DNA from: a virus | Direction: 5' to 3' (one strand) | Virus record (IMG/VR): IMGVR_UViG_3300005099_000065 | Location: 1-64,000 of that record | Length of the DNA: 64,000 bases | Shown: piece after piece, positions 48,058 to 56,973 of the stretch | Position numbering within the stretch: the first letter of the stretch is position 1 | How the letters are laid out: each line of letters starts with the position of its first letter | Notes under the pieces: model-generated | What the model was told of the DNA's origin: nothing | Database searches by the model: none | What the model saw: only the letters and a program-made list of their open reading frames with translations | Position numbers and translations under genes: made by a program

Positions 48058-48117
48058 GCGTCGGACGGTTAGCTCGGCGTCGGACGGTTAACCTTGAAAT
48101 CAAATCAGCGTCGGACG
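48058..48117. repeat. Three direct repeats of GCGTCGGACG (two extended by GTTA)
   Basis: At 48058, 48077 and 48108. Confidence 0.9.
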
Positions 48118-48123
48118 TCATGA

Positions 48124-48141
48124 GCGTAATACGTATTACGC
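48124..48141. repeat. Perfect 18-bp palindrome GCGTAATACGTATTACGC
   Basis: Read directly. Confidence 0.95.
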
Positions 48142-48242
48142 CAAGTATACGCTTGACTAATTTTTTACTTGTGGGTCCTAATATAATATACTAGGGCAAC
48201 TGAGATTTTTTTCTTGACTGAAAATAAACTGAGTTTCGGGTT

Positions 48243-48540
48243 GATGGTGGTTAACCACCATCTGGTCTTTTCGTAAATGTCGGCTATAACGACAATTCGG
48301 TGTTTCATAGAATCAATTTGGTAAATAAATTTATTTATTTTTTAATTGAAAAATAAAAATCTTTTATAGAAATTCGTAAGAATTTCTCGTTTTTGGATTT
48401 ATGGTTCTCAAACCTCCCTATTAATCAAGCAAAATTGGGTCACTTGATGGTGTTTAAACACCATCAAGAATTCAGCAATTTGCGAACCCTTCCTATAACC
48501 GAGCAAAAGTTGAACTACCTGATGGTGCTTAAACACCATG
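48243..48540. promoter_or_regulatory. Three palindromic operator-like sites GATGGTG-nTTAAn-CACCAT
   Basis: 48243-48262 (perfect 20 bp), 48443-48468 (perfect 26 bp), 48521-48540 (imperfect), in AT-rich intergenic DNA. Confidence 0.75.
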
Positions 48541-48811
48541 TGGTTTTGATCAAAATGTTTGAAATCAAAACCCCATTATCTCCAGCCAGGTGTTAAACGT
48601 CAGCCCAGTTTCGAGGTTCACCACCACACACCAGTTTTGAGGATTCACCTGCTGCTGGTTGTGATGTGGAATGAAAATGGTTTGAGGAGCAAAAAGGCAC
48701 CACCAATTTTGTGTTTCGAATTCTTTTTGCATGTAATCCTATGTGTAACAAATTTGGACACTTAATTTGCTCAAAATTTTTGCTATCCATTGGGCTGAAG
48801 CCAACGTTACG

Positions 48812-48846
48812 AAAATTTTCACTTTTGTTTCGTTGTCGGCTATAAT
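48812..48846 (+). promoter_or_regulatory. Promoter AAAATTTTCACT-17-TATAAT upstream of the initiator-like gene
   Basis: TTCACT 48818-48823, TATAAT 48841-48846. Confidence 0.65.
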
Positions 48847-48866
48847 AGTTACAAGAGTGAGACAGG

Positions 48867-49913
48867 ATGGCAGCGAAAAGAAAGGAATTGAATTTTGGTA
48901 TTTATTACTGGATGCAGAATTTGCAAAATTATGTCAAAACTAATTACGCCGAGGTTTTGCTTTTGTTTGCTTATTTATGGGACAGAATACATTTTCACAA
49001 ACAACGGTTTTTTAACCATTCGACCATGGCCGCAGCTATCGGGGGAGTGAATGCAGATCGAGTTTATCATTATCTCAAGAAACTGGCAGATTTGGGTTTG
49101 GTGAAAAAGAGACAATGTTTGGTGGATGGGGTTAGGAAGTTGGAAATAGAATTTGATTATGATGCGTTGAGAAAGCTTTTGCACTGCCGAAGTGAGCAGA
49201 GAAAAGAAATTGATTTGTCTCCGTGTTTAGAGAAGGTGTTGAACGTGTGGAATGAATGCGGTAATTTGCCCAAACATCGCAAGAACAATACCAAAGTTTT
49301 GAAGAGGGCTGAGAAATCACTGGCTTTGTTGTTGTCCAAGGGTTATACGTTGAACCAAATTTTTCTTTCCATTCGCAATTATGATTATTTGCTAGGTTTG
49401 AAGCTTAGCGATTTCAATTCCTCATTGCCAGGATATCGGGTGGGATTGGATGAGTTTTTAGGAGGTTTCAGTTCTGTCACTAAAAATAGGATGAAAAAGG
49501 CTAATGTGGAATTGAATCTCAACAGTTGGTTTGAGGAATGTTTGCATTCCAGGGAGATGTTGGCAATAAAATGGGCTAAAAGTTTTGCTCAATTTAGTGA
49601 GCAGGAGAAGCAAATCATCATTGAGTGGAAGGATTGGTGGAAGGATAGAGTGAAAGCTAAGGGATCTGACGCAGATTGGTTGTTTTTGGCTCGTGATTGG
49701 TTTGTGATTGTGAAAAAGCGACATCCTTTGCTTAGAGAGGAACCTTACGAATTGCATCCAACTACTCGTTGGACTTGGCGTTTTGATGTGATAGTTCGTA
49801 ATGATTCTTATTTGAATTCGATTGCATCAGATCCTCGAAAATTGCGTTTTCATCTGAATAAGATTATGGACAAGGTGTATGAAATAGAAGGATATAAGGA
49901 TTGGTTAGAATAG
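48867..49913 (+). CDS. Replication initiator-like protein with N-terminal winged HTH
   Basis: HSTMAAAIGGVNADRVYHYLKKLADLGLV HTH pattern; lies between the candidate origin and DnaB. Confidence 0.55.
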   Translation: MAAKRKELNFGIYYWMQNLQNYVKTNYAEVLLLFAYLWDRIHFHKQRFFNHSTMAAAIGGVNADRVYHYLKKLADLGLVKKRQCLVDGVRKLEIEFDYDALRKLLHCRSEQRKEIDLSPCLEKVLNVWNECGNLPKHRKNNTKVLKRAEKSLALLLSKGYTLNQIFLSIRNYDYLLGLKLSDFNSSLPGYRVGLDEFLGGFSSVTKNRMKKANVELNLNSWFEECLHSREMLAIKWAKSFAQFSEQEKQIIIEWKDWWKDRVKAKGSDADWLFLARDWFVIVKKRHPLLREEPYELHPTTRWTWRFDVIVRNDSYLNSIASDPRKLRFHLNKIMDKVYEIEGYKDWLE

Positions 49914-49919
49914 GATGAT

Positions 49920-49953
49920 AAAATTTTCAATGTTTGTCAAAAACCAGTATAAT
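49920..49953 (+). promoter_or_regulatory. Promoter AAAATTTTCAAT-16-TATAAT upstream of the helicase
   Basis: Third copy of the promoter motif; GGAGG RBS follows. Confidence 0.55.
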
Positions 49954-49972
49954 ATTTACAGGAGGAAAAAAG

Positions 49973-51463
49973 ATGGTGAAGGATTTGGAAGAAGAAAAGT
50001 TCGTGTTTCATTGTTGTTTACAGGGAAACAGATATTTTTTGTCTAATGTGTTGAAGTTTTTGAAACCTTATCATTTTCAGAGCCAATATCGTCGCAAAGT
50101 GTACCAAAGTTTGGAATCTTTTTTTAATCAATTCGAGAGACCTCCAGCTTTGTGGGAATTGAAAGATTATTGTTTGAGAACGATTAGGGATGAACAAATG
50201 AGGGAAGGGGTGGAGAACATTTTGAAGGATATTCCCGAAATCCAAATAAATGAAGATAATATGGACTATATGGTAGATAAGGTTTTGAAGTTTGTTAAGA
50301 AAAGTGTTTTGGTGGATTTGGTGGATGAAGTGATATCGAATTTGAGTAAGGGGAATGTTGAACAGGCAGAGGCATTGGTGAAATCTTTCAAAGGCGTTTC
50401 TGTCGATGATTCGGCTCATTTTTTTGGTTTTCAAGACATGATTGTGGATGCTTATTTGCAACAAGAAGAGGATTTCACGCTTGAATTTAGCGGATTGTTG
50501 GGGGAATTGATAGGTCCTTTGCGTCCAGGTTGGTTGGTTGGAGTATTGGCGCCGAGTAAAAGGGGTAAGACTTGGTTTTTGATTCATACGGCTTTGGATG
50601 CTATGTTTTCGAGGCTGAAAGTGTATTTTGTTTCATTGGAAATGCCTCGTGTACAGTTGAGTCGAAGGTTCATTCGAGCACTTAGCAAGAGGGAGGACGA
50701 TGAAGAGTGGAAGCTAGTAGCTGATTGTGTGTTGAACCAGGAAGGAACATGTAGCAGACCAGAAAGAAAAAATCGAATACCATTGAAGATTAATGGAGAT
50801 TTTCCTCAGAGATATGAAGACACACCAGAAGGTTATCAGCCTTGCACTGCTTGTCGAGATAAAAAAGACTCTCATTTTCGTTTGAGTGGGTGGAGGGTGA
50901 AGAATTCTCAAAGAAATGTGAAGCCGAAAGCGGATGAGAATTATTACACTCAGTTTGAATGGACTAATAAATTATATGGCCATTTTCTATACGCCAGTAG
51001 TTACCCTGCTTATTCTGTTAGAATTCAAGACATATTGATGGATTTGAATGTTTTGGAATCTAGTAAAAATTTCATACCTAAGGTTGTGGTGATCGATTAT
51101 GCTGATTTGTTGGCATCTTTGCATTCTTATGATGAATATCGTCATCAGTTGGACGAAATTTGGAAAGGTTTGAAAGGATTGGCTATGGAAAAAAATTGTA
51201 TAGTCATGACGGCTTCTCAAGCTACTCGTGCGTCTATGAGTAAACATCTTTTGGATACGACTGATGTGGCTGAGGATATTCGCAAGTTGGCTCATTGTGA
51301 TTTGATGATAGGTTTGAACCAAACTGATCGAGAAAGGAAAACTTCGATTTTGAGAATCAATGTGATTGCGAAAAGGGAGGGATTTTTCGATCCTAAAAGA
51401 CAATTGAAATGTTTGGCTGATTTTGAACATGGAAGGCTAAGGATTGATGAAAGTTGGAAATAA
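49973..51463 (+). CDS. dnaB: Replicative DnaB-like helicase
   Basis: APSKRGKT, FVSLEM, VVIDYADLL, TASQ; Cys-containing insertion. Confidence 0.85.
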   Translation: MVKDLEEEKFVFHCCLQGNRYFLSNVLKFLKPYHFQSQYRRKVYQSLESFFNQFERPPALWELKDYCLRTIRDEQMREGVENILKDIPEIQINEDNMDYMVDKVLKFVKKSVLVDLVDEVISNLSKGNVEQAEALVKSFKGVSVDDSAHFFGFQDMIVDAYLQQEEDFTLEFSGLLGELIGPLRPGWLVGVLAPSKRGKTWFLIHTALDAMFSRLKVYFVSLEMPRVQLSRRFIRALSKREDDEEWKLVADCVLNQEGTCSRPERKNRIPLKINGDFPQRYEDTPEGYQPCTACRDKKDSHFRLSGWRVKNSQRNVKPKADENYYTQFEWTNKLYGHFLYASSYPAYSVRIQDILMDLNVLESSKNFIPKVVVIDYADLLASLHSYDEYRHQLDEIWKGLKGLAMEKNCIVMTASQATRASMSKHLLDTTDVAEDIRKLAHCDLMIGLNQTDRERKTSILRINVIAKREGFFDPKRQLKCLADFEHGRLRIDESWK

Positions 51464-51481
51464 TATTTAGGAGGTGTAGCT

Positions 51482-52129
51482 ATGTTAATACCCAAAACAA
51501 AACAAGAGAAAAAACAGTTCATTTTGGCGATGCAAAAACTCAATGAGTTTTTGACAGCCAAAGGGGAAGGGGAGATTCCTAAAGCAGACATAGAGACTAA
51601 CGTGTATGATTTTGTGGATGCTATTGAGACAATGGATGAAAAATGGTTGGATGAGCTTCCCGATGAAGTGATAAATATGTACAACCATTTGGTGTCTGAC
51701 GAGTTGGCTGAAAGTGAACAGGAGAAAGTTGAAGAGAAAGAGGTTGAACAGCCAGAGCAAATTGAAGAAGCAAAGGAGGAGGAAGCGCAAGAGGCTGAAG
51801 CTGAAACTGAAACTGAGGCTGAAGCTGAAACTGAAACTGAGGCTGAAGCCGAGGAGACGAAGTTCGAAGGAAAGCCAGAACCACTTCCTAAAGATGCAAT
51901 AATTAAGAAGAAACCAACTCCACCTAAGAAACGTTCAAAATTCGAAACAATGGTGAGGGCTTTGCAAGCCAAATCACCTTGCACTATGGATGAATGGTTG
52001 GAAGAGGCTGAACGTATGTGGGGTAGGACAACCACGGATATGAAGTGGTACTTAAATGGTGTGGCTATTGTTTTGAAGTGTGTGGGTGTGTTAGAGGAAA
52101 AGGACGGTAAGCTTGTTTTGAAAAGATGA
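51482..52129 (+). CDS. Acidic protein with an EAEAETET repeat linker and a basic/HTH-like C-terminus
   Basis: Translation; 24-bp tandem repeat at 51791-51849. Confidence 0.7.
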   Translation: MLIPKTKQEKKQFILAMQKLNEFLTAKGEGEIPKADIETNVYDFVDAIETMDEKWLDELPDEVINMYNHLVSDELAESEQEKVEEKEVEQPEQIEEAKEEEAQEAEAETETEAEAETETEAEAEETKFEGKPEPLPKDAIIKKKPTPPKKRSKFETMVRALQAKSPCTMDEWLEEAERMWGRTTTDMKWYLNGVAIVLKCVGVLEEKDGKLVLKR

Positions 52130-53175
52130 AGGAGTTTAAAAATCCCATAAGCGTTAGAGGAGACTATTTGTATTGTCCTTTGCCTTTGGATTTGGACACA
52201 TATTGGAATTGTACCACCGATTGCGTGCATTGTTATCTCAGAAGGCTGAATTACGTGTGGGGCAAGGAGCAAAGAGCGTTAGACCCCATTAAGCTGGAAG
52301 CAAAATTGAAGACAGCTAGCCAATCCAAAGCCAGAAATGATTTGGCTGTAATGTTGAGACTAAAGAAAACTATCAGATGGGGAAACAAATCAGATCCTTT
52401 TCAAATTTGTGAATACAGATATGGCATTTCTGTTCAAGTGTTTCGGATTTTGAAGAGGTTGGACTGGAGTTTTGCTCTTTATACCAAGAATGTGGAATTG
52501 ATGCAAAAGATGTTAGGAGACGAGCTTTGGGATGAATGGTGTTTGAAAAATGTGAGTATGTTAATCAGTGTGATGGTGGGTCAGGAATATGATTGGGTGA
52601 AATTGGAAAATGAGAGATGTTCGTCTTTTGCAAACAGATTGCATTTTTTAGCCAGATGGTTGGATAAAGGAGGGATGGGGGCTTTGATTTGCGAGCCCTT
52701 CATTCCTGGATATCATTCCATATCACAATGGGAATCATTGTTGAAGCGAGCTAAGACATTAGGCATCAACAGAGTGAACATTTATAATTTTCATTTCAAT
52801 GCATTTGTGGCCAGGCGTTTGCACAAGCGAGGAATCGATATCAGAAGGATTTGGTATTACAACCAGGATCAACAATGGAGACCCATTTTGAAAGTGCTGT
52901 TGCGAAAGGCTAAGGATATGGGTATGATTGTGGGCTGTCCTGACTTCGTGAACAGTGGTGATTTTGTAGATGAATGTAATACGTGTTGCGGAGTGGATGT
53001 GCCTAATCCTTGTCGTTTTAACACCCATCATTGGAAACCAATGTGGTTGTTGGGTTATGAAGCAGATGATATAATCGAGCGGACATATGAGGGTTATGGG
53101 GATGTGAAAAAGGCTAGGCGGATTTTGCAAGGACGAAGTAAAGAATTTTACACTATGAAGGATATTGTGAAATGA
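52126..53175 (+). CDS. Radical SAM enzyme 1 (spore-photoproduct-lyase-like)
   Basis: PLDLDTYWNCTTDCVHCY (CxxxCxxC), WGNKSDPFQ, EPFIPG. Confidence 0.85.
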   Translation: MKEFKNPISVRGDYLYCPLPLDLDTYWNCTTDCVHCYLRRLNYVWGKEQRALDPIKLEAKLKTASQSKARNDLAVMLRLKKTIRWGNKSDPFQICEYRYGISVQVFRILKRLDWSFALYTKNVELMQKMLGDELWDEWCLKNVSMLISVMVGQEYDWVKLENERCSSFANRLHFLARWLDKGGMGALICEPFIPGYHSISQWESLLKRAKTLGINRVNIYNFHFNAFVARRLHKRGIDIRRIWYYNQDQQWRPILKVLLRKAKDMGMIVGCPDFVNSGDFVDECNTCCGVDVPNPCRFNTHHWKPMWLLGYEADDIIERTYEGYGDVKKARRILQGRSKEFYTMKDIVK

Positions 53176-53939
53176 AACTGTATTATTATTTTCATTTTGG
53201 GGATTGTGTTTTGAAAGTGCCTCATAATGTCTCTCGGTTTTCTCAAACCAGGGTGCGGAAAAACACACCTCATTCTCAATTCATCTTTGATCATCGAGAG
53301 GATTTGATTTGTGAATTGAATTGTGTGAAGGATTTGGCTCAAAGCTTTTCTTTCACATCTTATTTGGAGATGATGGCTGGTTTGGGTTTCAGTGCCAAAC
53401 TGGTAAGCAGTATTCAAGATTTGAATGAAATTTGGTTGAATGACAAGGATGAGTTTTGTACTACCAGCTTGGCTATCAATTTTGCAAATGAAGTGGGAAA
53501 GGAAATCATGATTACCCAGAGTGATGTTTTGGATTTGAAAGTGGTTGGTCGTTGGGATGTGATTTTTATCGATTTCAACACTTTTTCTATGAAGAGATGG
53601 AATGAGTGGTTGAGATTGTGGGGTAATGTGAAAGGAAAGTTTCGTAATTTATGGTTAACGGACACTGCTTGTTATGTGTGGACAAAATTTGGAGCTCAAA
53701 CATTTGAGAAATGTTTTGGTTTCAAATCTTTGGAACAATATTGCCAGTCTTTTTCAAATTTGATAAAATCTACTTTAGGAGCATCGCTAAGAAGAGCAAG
53801 AATAGGAGCAAATGGCAAATGTGCCATTTTGGATTTCGAATATGGTTATGAGGGTGATTGGGATTTGAGAAAAGTGGACAAAAGTTTGAGTTTGAAAATA
53901 GAAGTGAAGTGGGGTTTGAGGAATGATTGTGAGAAATGA
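53172..53939 (+). CDS. SAM-methyltransferase-fold protein lacking the DPPY motif
   Basis: YLEMMAGLG (motif I-like), WLNDKD, SDVL, DVIFIDFNTF. Confidence 0.5.
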   Translation: MKLYYYFHFGDCVLKVPHNVSRFSQTRVRKNTPHSQFIFDHREDLICELNCVKDLAQSFSFTSYLEMMAGLGFSAKLVSSIQDLNEIWLNDKDEFCTTSLAINFANEVGKEIMITQSDVLDLKVVGRWDVIFIDFNTFSMKRWNEWLRLWGNVKGKFRNLWLTDTACYVWTKFGAQTFEKCFGFKSLEQYCQSFSNLIKSTLGASLRRARIGANGKCAILDFEYGYEGDWDLRKVDKSLSLKIEVKWGLRNDCEK

Positions 53940-54720
53940 TACGCCGATTGAAAAAGTGACTTCGTCTATTTTTGTGAAACGTGAAGACTTGGCTACATTG
54001 TCTCCAGGTCCTCCTTTCAGTAAGACACGGGGTTTGTTTCAGCATTTGTTTTTGCTTTTTCGTTTAGGAATCAGATGTGTGGGTTATGTGGAAACAGCTA
54101 TTTCAATGGCAGGATGGGCTGTGGCTTGGTTAGGAAAAAAGATGAATATGAAAGTCATCATTTTCGATCCTCAGTACAAAGATGATTCTAAATTTCCTTT
54201 GCCTTTGCATCGCCAAAAGTGGAAACAGTTTGGGGCACAGCTGGTGAAGGTGAGAGCAGGTAAAGCCAGTGTGAATTGGTACATTGCCAGACGCTGGATG
54301 AAGGAGAATGTTCATCAGCCATGGAAATTGTTGCCTTTGGGATTACCTTTGAATGAGACTGTGTTGGAAACCTTTGCGCAAGCGAGAAAGTGTATCAGAG
54401 ATTTCCCTACCATAGTGGTTCCAGTTGGTAGTGGTACTATTGCTTGCGGGATAGCCAGAGCTTTGTATCGGAACCAAAAACTGATTGGCATTATGAGTCG
54501 CACTGGAGATGTGCGCAGAAAATTTAAGTTTGTGGTTAAGTGGTGTGAATATCCAACTCATGTGGACATAGTGGACCCAGGATATCCTTACACCAAAAAG
54601 GTGGACATCAAAACTCCATTTCCTTGCAATCCTTATTATGATACCAAAGCTTGGCAGTGGGTGTTGGAACATGAAGATGAGTTGGAGAAGCCTATTTTGT
54701 TTTGGAACATAGGGGCATGA
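53923..54720 (+). CDS. PLP-dependent enzyme (fold type II)
   Basis: FVKREDL...SKTRG (Schiff-base Lys), IVVPVGSGTIACGI, YYDTKAW, LFWNIG. Confidence 0.85.
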   Translation: MIVRNDTPIEKVTSSIFVKREDLATLSPGPPFSKTRGLFQHLFLLFRLGIRCVGYVETAISMAGWAVAWLGKKMNMKVIIFDPQYKDDSKFPLPLHRQKWKQFGAQLVKVRAGKASVNWYIARRWMKENVHQPWKLLPLGLPLNETVLETFAQARKCIRDFPTIVVPVGSGTIACGIARALYRNQKLIGIMSRTGDVRRKFKFVVKWCEYPTHVDIVDPGYPYTKKVDIKTPFPCNPYYDTKAWQWVLEHEDELEKPILFWNIGA

Positions 54721-54721
54721 A

Positions 54722-56119
54722 ATGGAATATGAAGATTTGAAGCGCAAGTTGCAAAGGATTGTGCCTCGCCATGGGGTTTTTGCTTTGCCTAAAATGCCAA
54801 GGTTGAGTCACAAGGGGAGGAAAAAGAATTATCGTCAATATCATTTGGTAGAGAACAAATTGATAGAGCCTAGACGAAATTTGCATGAGGAGGAAATCAA
54901 ATCATTTGCTGAAGTGAGTCTCAGAGCACAAGCATGCCCTATGCCTTTGAATTTGGACACATATGATGGTTTGATTTGTCCTTTTGGATGTCGTTATTGC
55001 TATGCAAATTGGTTTCGCTTGAGTTTGTACACTTCGTTTTTCGACAATCCTGACCAAATAGGGATTCGAAGTTGCAACCCCGATTTCTTCAAGCGTCAGT
55101 TAGATAGATATATGAGTTACAGGGGTAAGGTTGAGAAGGCTGGTAATGAAGTGGCTCGGGCTTTCGCTTTGGAGATTCCTGTGAGGTTTGGAATCAGATT
55201 TGAAGACTTTTTGCCTTGTGAAGAAAAGAGGAAGGTGTCTTATGAGCTTTTGAGGTACCTGAAAGAGGTGAGTTATCCCGTGATGATAAACACCAAATCA
55301 ACTTTGGTGGGAAGGGATGAGTATGTGAAGGTGTTGTCTGAAAATAAAGCTAAGGCAGCTGTTCATATGACTTTGATTACAGCTGATGAAAGGTTGCGTA
55401 AGAAATTGGAACCAGGTGCTCCATCGTTTAAACGCAGAATAGAGGCTTGTGCTTCTTTGGCTTCGGCTGGTGTTCGAGTGGTGGCCAGAATAGAACCATT
55501 TATGCCTTTTTTGAATGATACGATGTTGGACGAGTATGCTCAGGCTTTGAAGGAAGCGGGAGTGTCTAACATCACATTCGACACGTACAGTTATAGTGCT
55601 AGAGGATTTGTGGTGAGAGGGGCTTTTCAGATGGTGGGTTTGGATTTTGACAGGATGTTTTATGCTGTGTCCGATTCTCAACCATTGGGTTCATTGGCTT
55701 TGGCTTTGTTTATGAATGAATTCAGAAAGAGAGGTTTCAGTTGTTCCACGTTTGATTTTGGAAATGTCCCATACAACGATCAAGACATTTGTTGTGAAGT
55801 GGGAGATTGGTTCGAAGGTGGATGGAATTATGGATGTGGAGTGATGGCTATTCGTTATATCAAATCCCAGTCACCCAAACCCGTCAGATGGTCTCAATTT
55901 GAAAACTGGGTGGAAGGCAAAGGAGGCTTTTTGTCTCCTGCTTTGAAAAAAGAAGTACATCAAATTTGGAATGGGGAGGGGGATGGCCAATTTTATCTGA
56001 GCTGGGCTGACGGTTTGAAGTGTTGTGGTTGGGATGAGGATGGTAGGGTTTGGCGCTGGGATCCAGATGAAAATTATCGTCAAAAGATGTTTCAAGTATT
56101 GTTGGAGGGATTGAAATGA
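54722..56119 (+). CDS. Radical SAM enzyme 2 (paralogue of enzyme 1)
   Basis: PMPLNLDTYDGLICPFGCRYCY, INTKS, RIEPFMP, CCEVG. Confidence 0.85.
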   Translation: MEYEDLKRKLQRIVPRHGVFALPKMPRLSHKGRKKNYRQYHLVENKLIEPRRNLHEEEIKSFAEVSLRAQACPMPLNLDTYDGLICPFGCRYCYANWFRLSLYTSFFDNPDQIGIRSCNPDFFKRQLDRYMSYRGKVEKAGNEVARAFALEIPVRFGIRFEDFLPCEEKRKVSYELLRYLKEVSYPVMINTKSTLVGRDEYVKVLSENKAKAAVHMTLITADERLRKKLEPGAPSFKRRIEACASLASAGVRVVARIEPFMPFLNDTMLDEYAQALKEAGVSNITFDTYSYSARGFVVRGAFQMVGLDFDRMFYAVSDSQPLGSLALALFMNEFRKRGFSCSTFDFGNVPYNDQDICCEVGDWFEGGWNYGCGVMAIRYIKSQSPKPVRWSQFENWVEGKGGFLSPALKKEVHQIWNGEGDGQFYLSWADGLKCCGWDEDGRVWRWDPDENYRQKMFQVLLEGLK

Positions 56120-56952
56120 TTTCATCTTCTCAATTGGAAAAAATATTTGCTCACGCAGCAGCTTTGCATTCAGAGGGAAAAATGAAAAATTGGATTTACG
56201 GGGAAGGCACTAAGATTTACATTTTGAACACAGATTGTTCTTTGTTGGTGAGGTTTAAAGTGCCTTGGGAGCTGGGTCATTTTTGCTTTTCAGCTCACGA
56301 ATATGAAGGTCAAGAATTTCATCTTTCTCCAACTGGCATGATATTCAAGTCACAAGATCAAGATTACGAGAGAACAAAATTTAGCCCCGTCAATCCACCG
56401 TATTCTTTTGAATGGATAAAGCGCACGTGGAGTGTTTTGGATCAAAAGACAAAGGAGTGCAAACCAGTTGGAAAAATAGTTTTGGAAGACAAGGTTTTGA
56501 GATGGTTGGAAAAGGATCTTCCCCATACAGAATTTGTGTTGAAGGAGAAGGGATGGTCTTTGGTTCAACGCAACATATATACGGGAGAAATCATTCAGAT
56601 TACCAAAAAACCTCGCCCTTTGACTTTGTTGGATAAGGATGAGGTGATGGGTGAAAGGAGTATAGGTTTGAGGACAAATGACTTTTTTGCTCTTTTCACA
56701 TTTGTGTCCAAGCTCAGCTTTTATTTTTATGATTTACCTTTTGCACAAGCTATGAATTTGAGCTTTTTTGATATGAGAGTGTTTTTGGGAGGATGTTTTT
56801 ATGATTCATTAGGAGATTTGGAGGTGATTTATGGGAGGGAAATCCAGAAAGTCAGGCATGGTGAGCCGTCAGCTGATAGAAAAAATATTGAGAGAAGGAA
56901 AGAGCTCATCCAAAAAATCAAGGCAAGGCGGCGGCTCATCAACAAAGGTTAA
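56116..56952 (+). CDS. Hypothetical protein in the modification cluster
   Basis: Coupled ORF; no motif recognised with confidence. Confidence 0.65.
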   Translation: MISSSQLEKIFAHAAALHSEGKMKNWIYGEGTKIYILNTDCSLLVRFKVPWELGHFCFSAHEYEGQEFHLSPTGMIFKSQDQDYERTKFSPVNPPYSFEWIKRTWSVLDQKTKECKPVGKIVLEDKVLRWLEKDLPHTEFVLKEKGWSLVQRNIYTGEIIQITKKPRPLTLLDKDEVMGERSIGLRTNDFFALFTFVSKLSFYFYDLPFAQAMNLSFFDMRVFLGGCFYDSLGDLEVIYGREIQKVRHGEPSADRKNIERRKELIQKIKARRRLINKG

Positions 56953-56973
56953 GTTGCCTTTGGGAGTCAAGAG

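Noticed and set aside
48393-48790. Short ORFs in the candidate origin region (48393-48596, 48559-48765, 48593-48790)
   Set aside because: They overlap one another and the palindromes, lack a clear RBS and show no recognisable motif.
50700-50940. Intein in the DnaB helicase
   Set aside because: The insertion is short and Cys-rich, with no recognisable intein N-terminal block or His-Asn C-terminus; it is more likely a zinc-binding loop.
56116-56952. Second sliding-clamp-like protein
   Set aside because: The resemblance is only a vague alpha/beta pattern and cannot be supported without a profile search; left as hypothetical.
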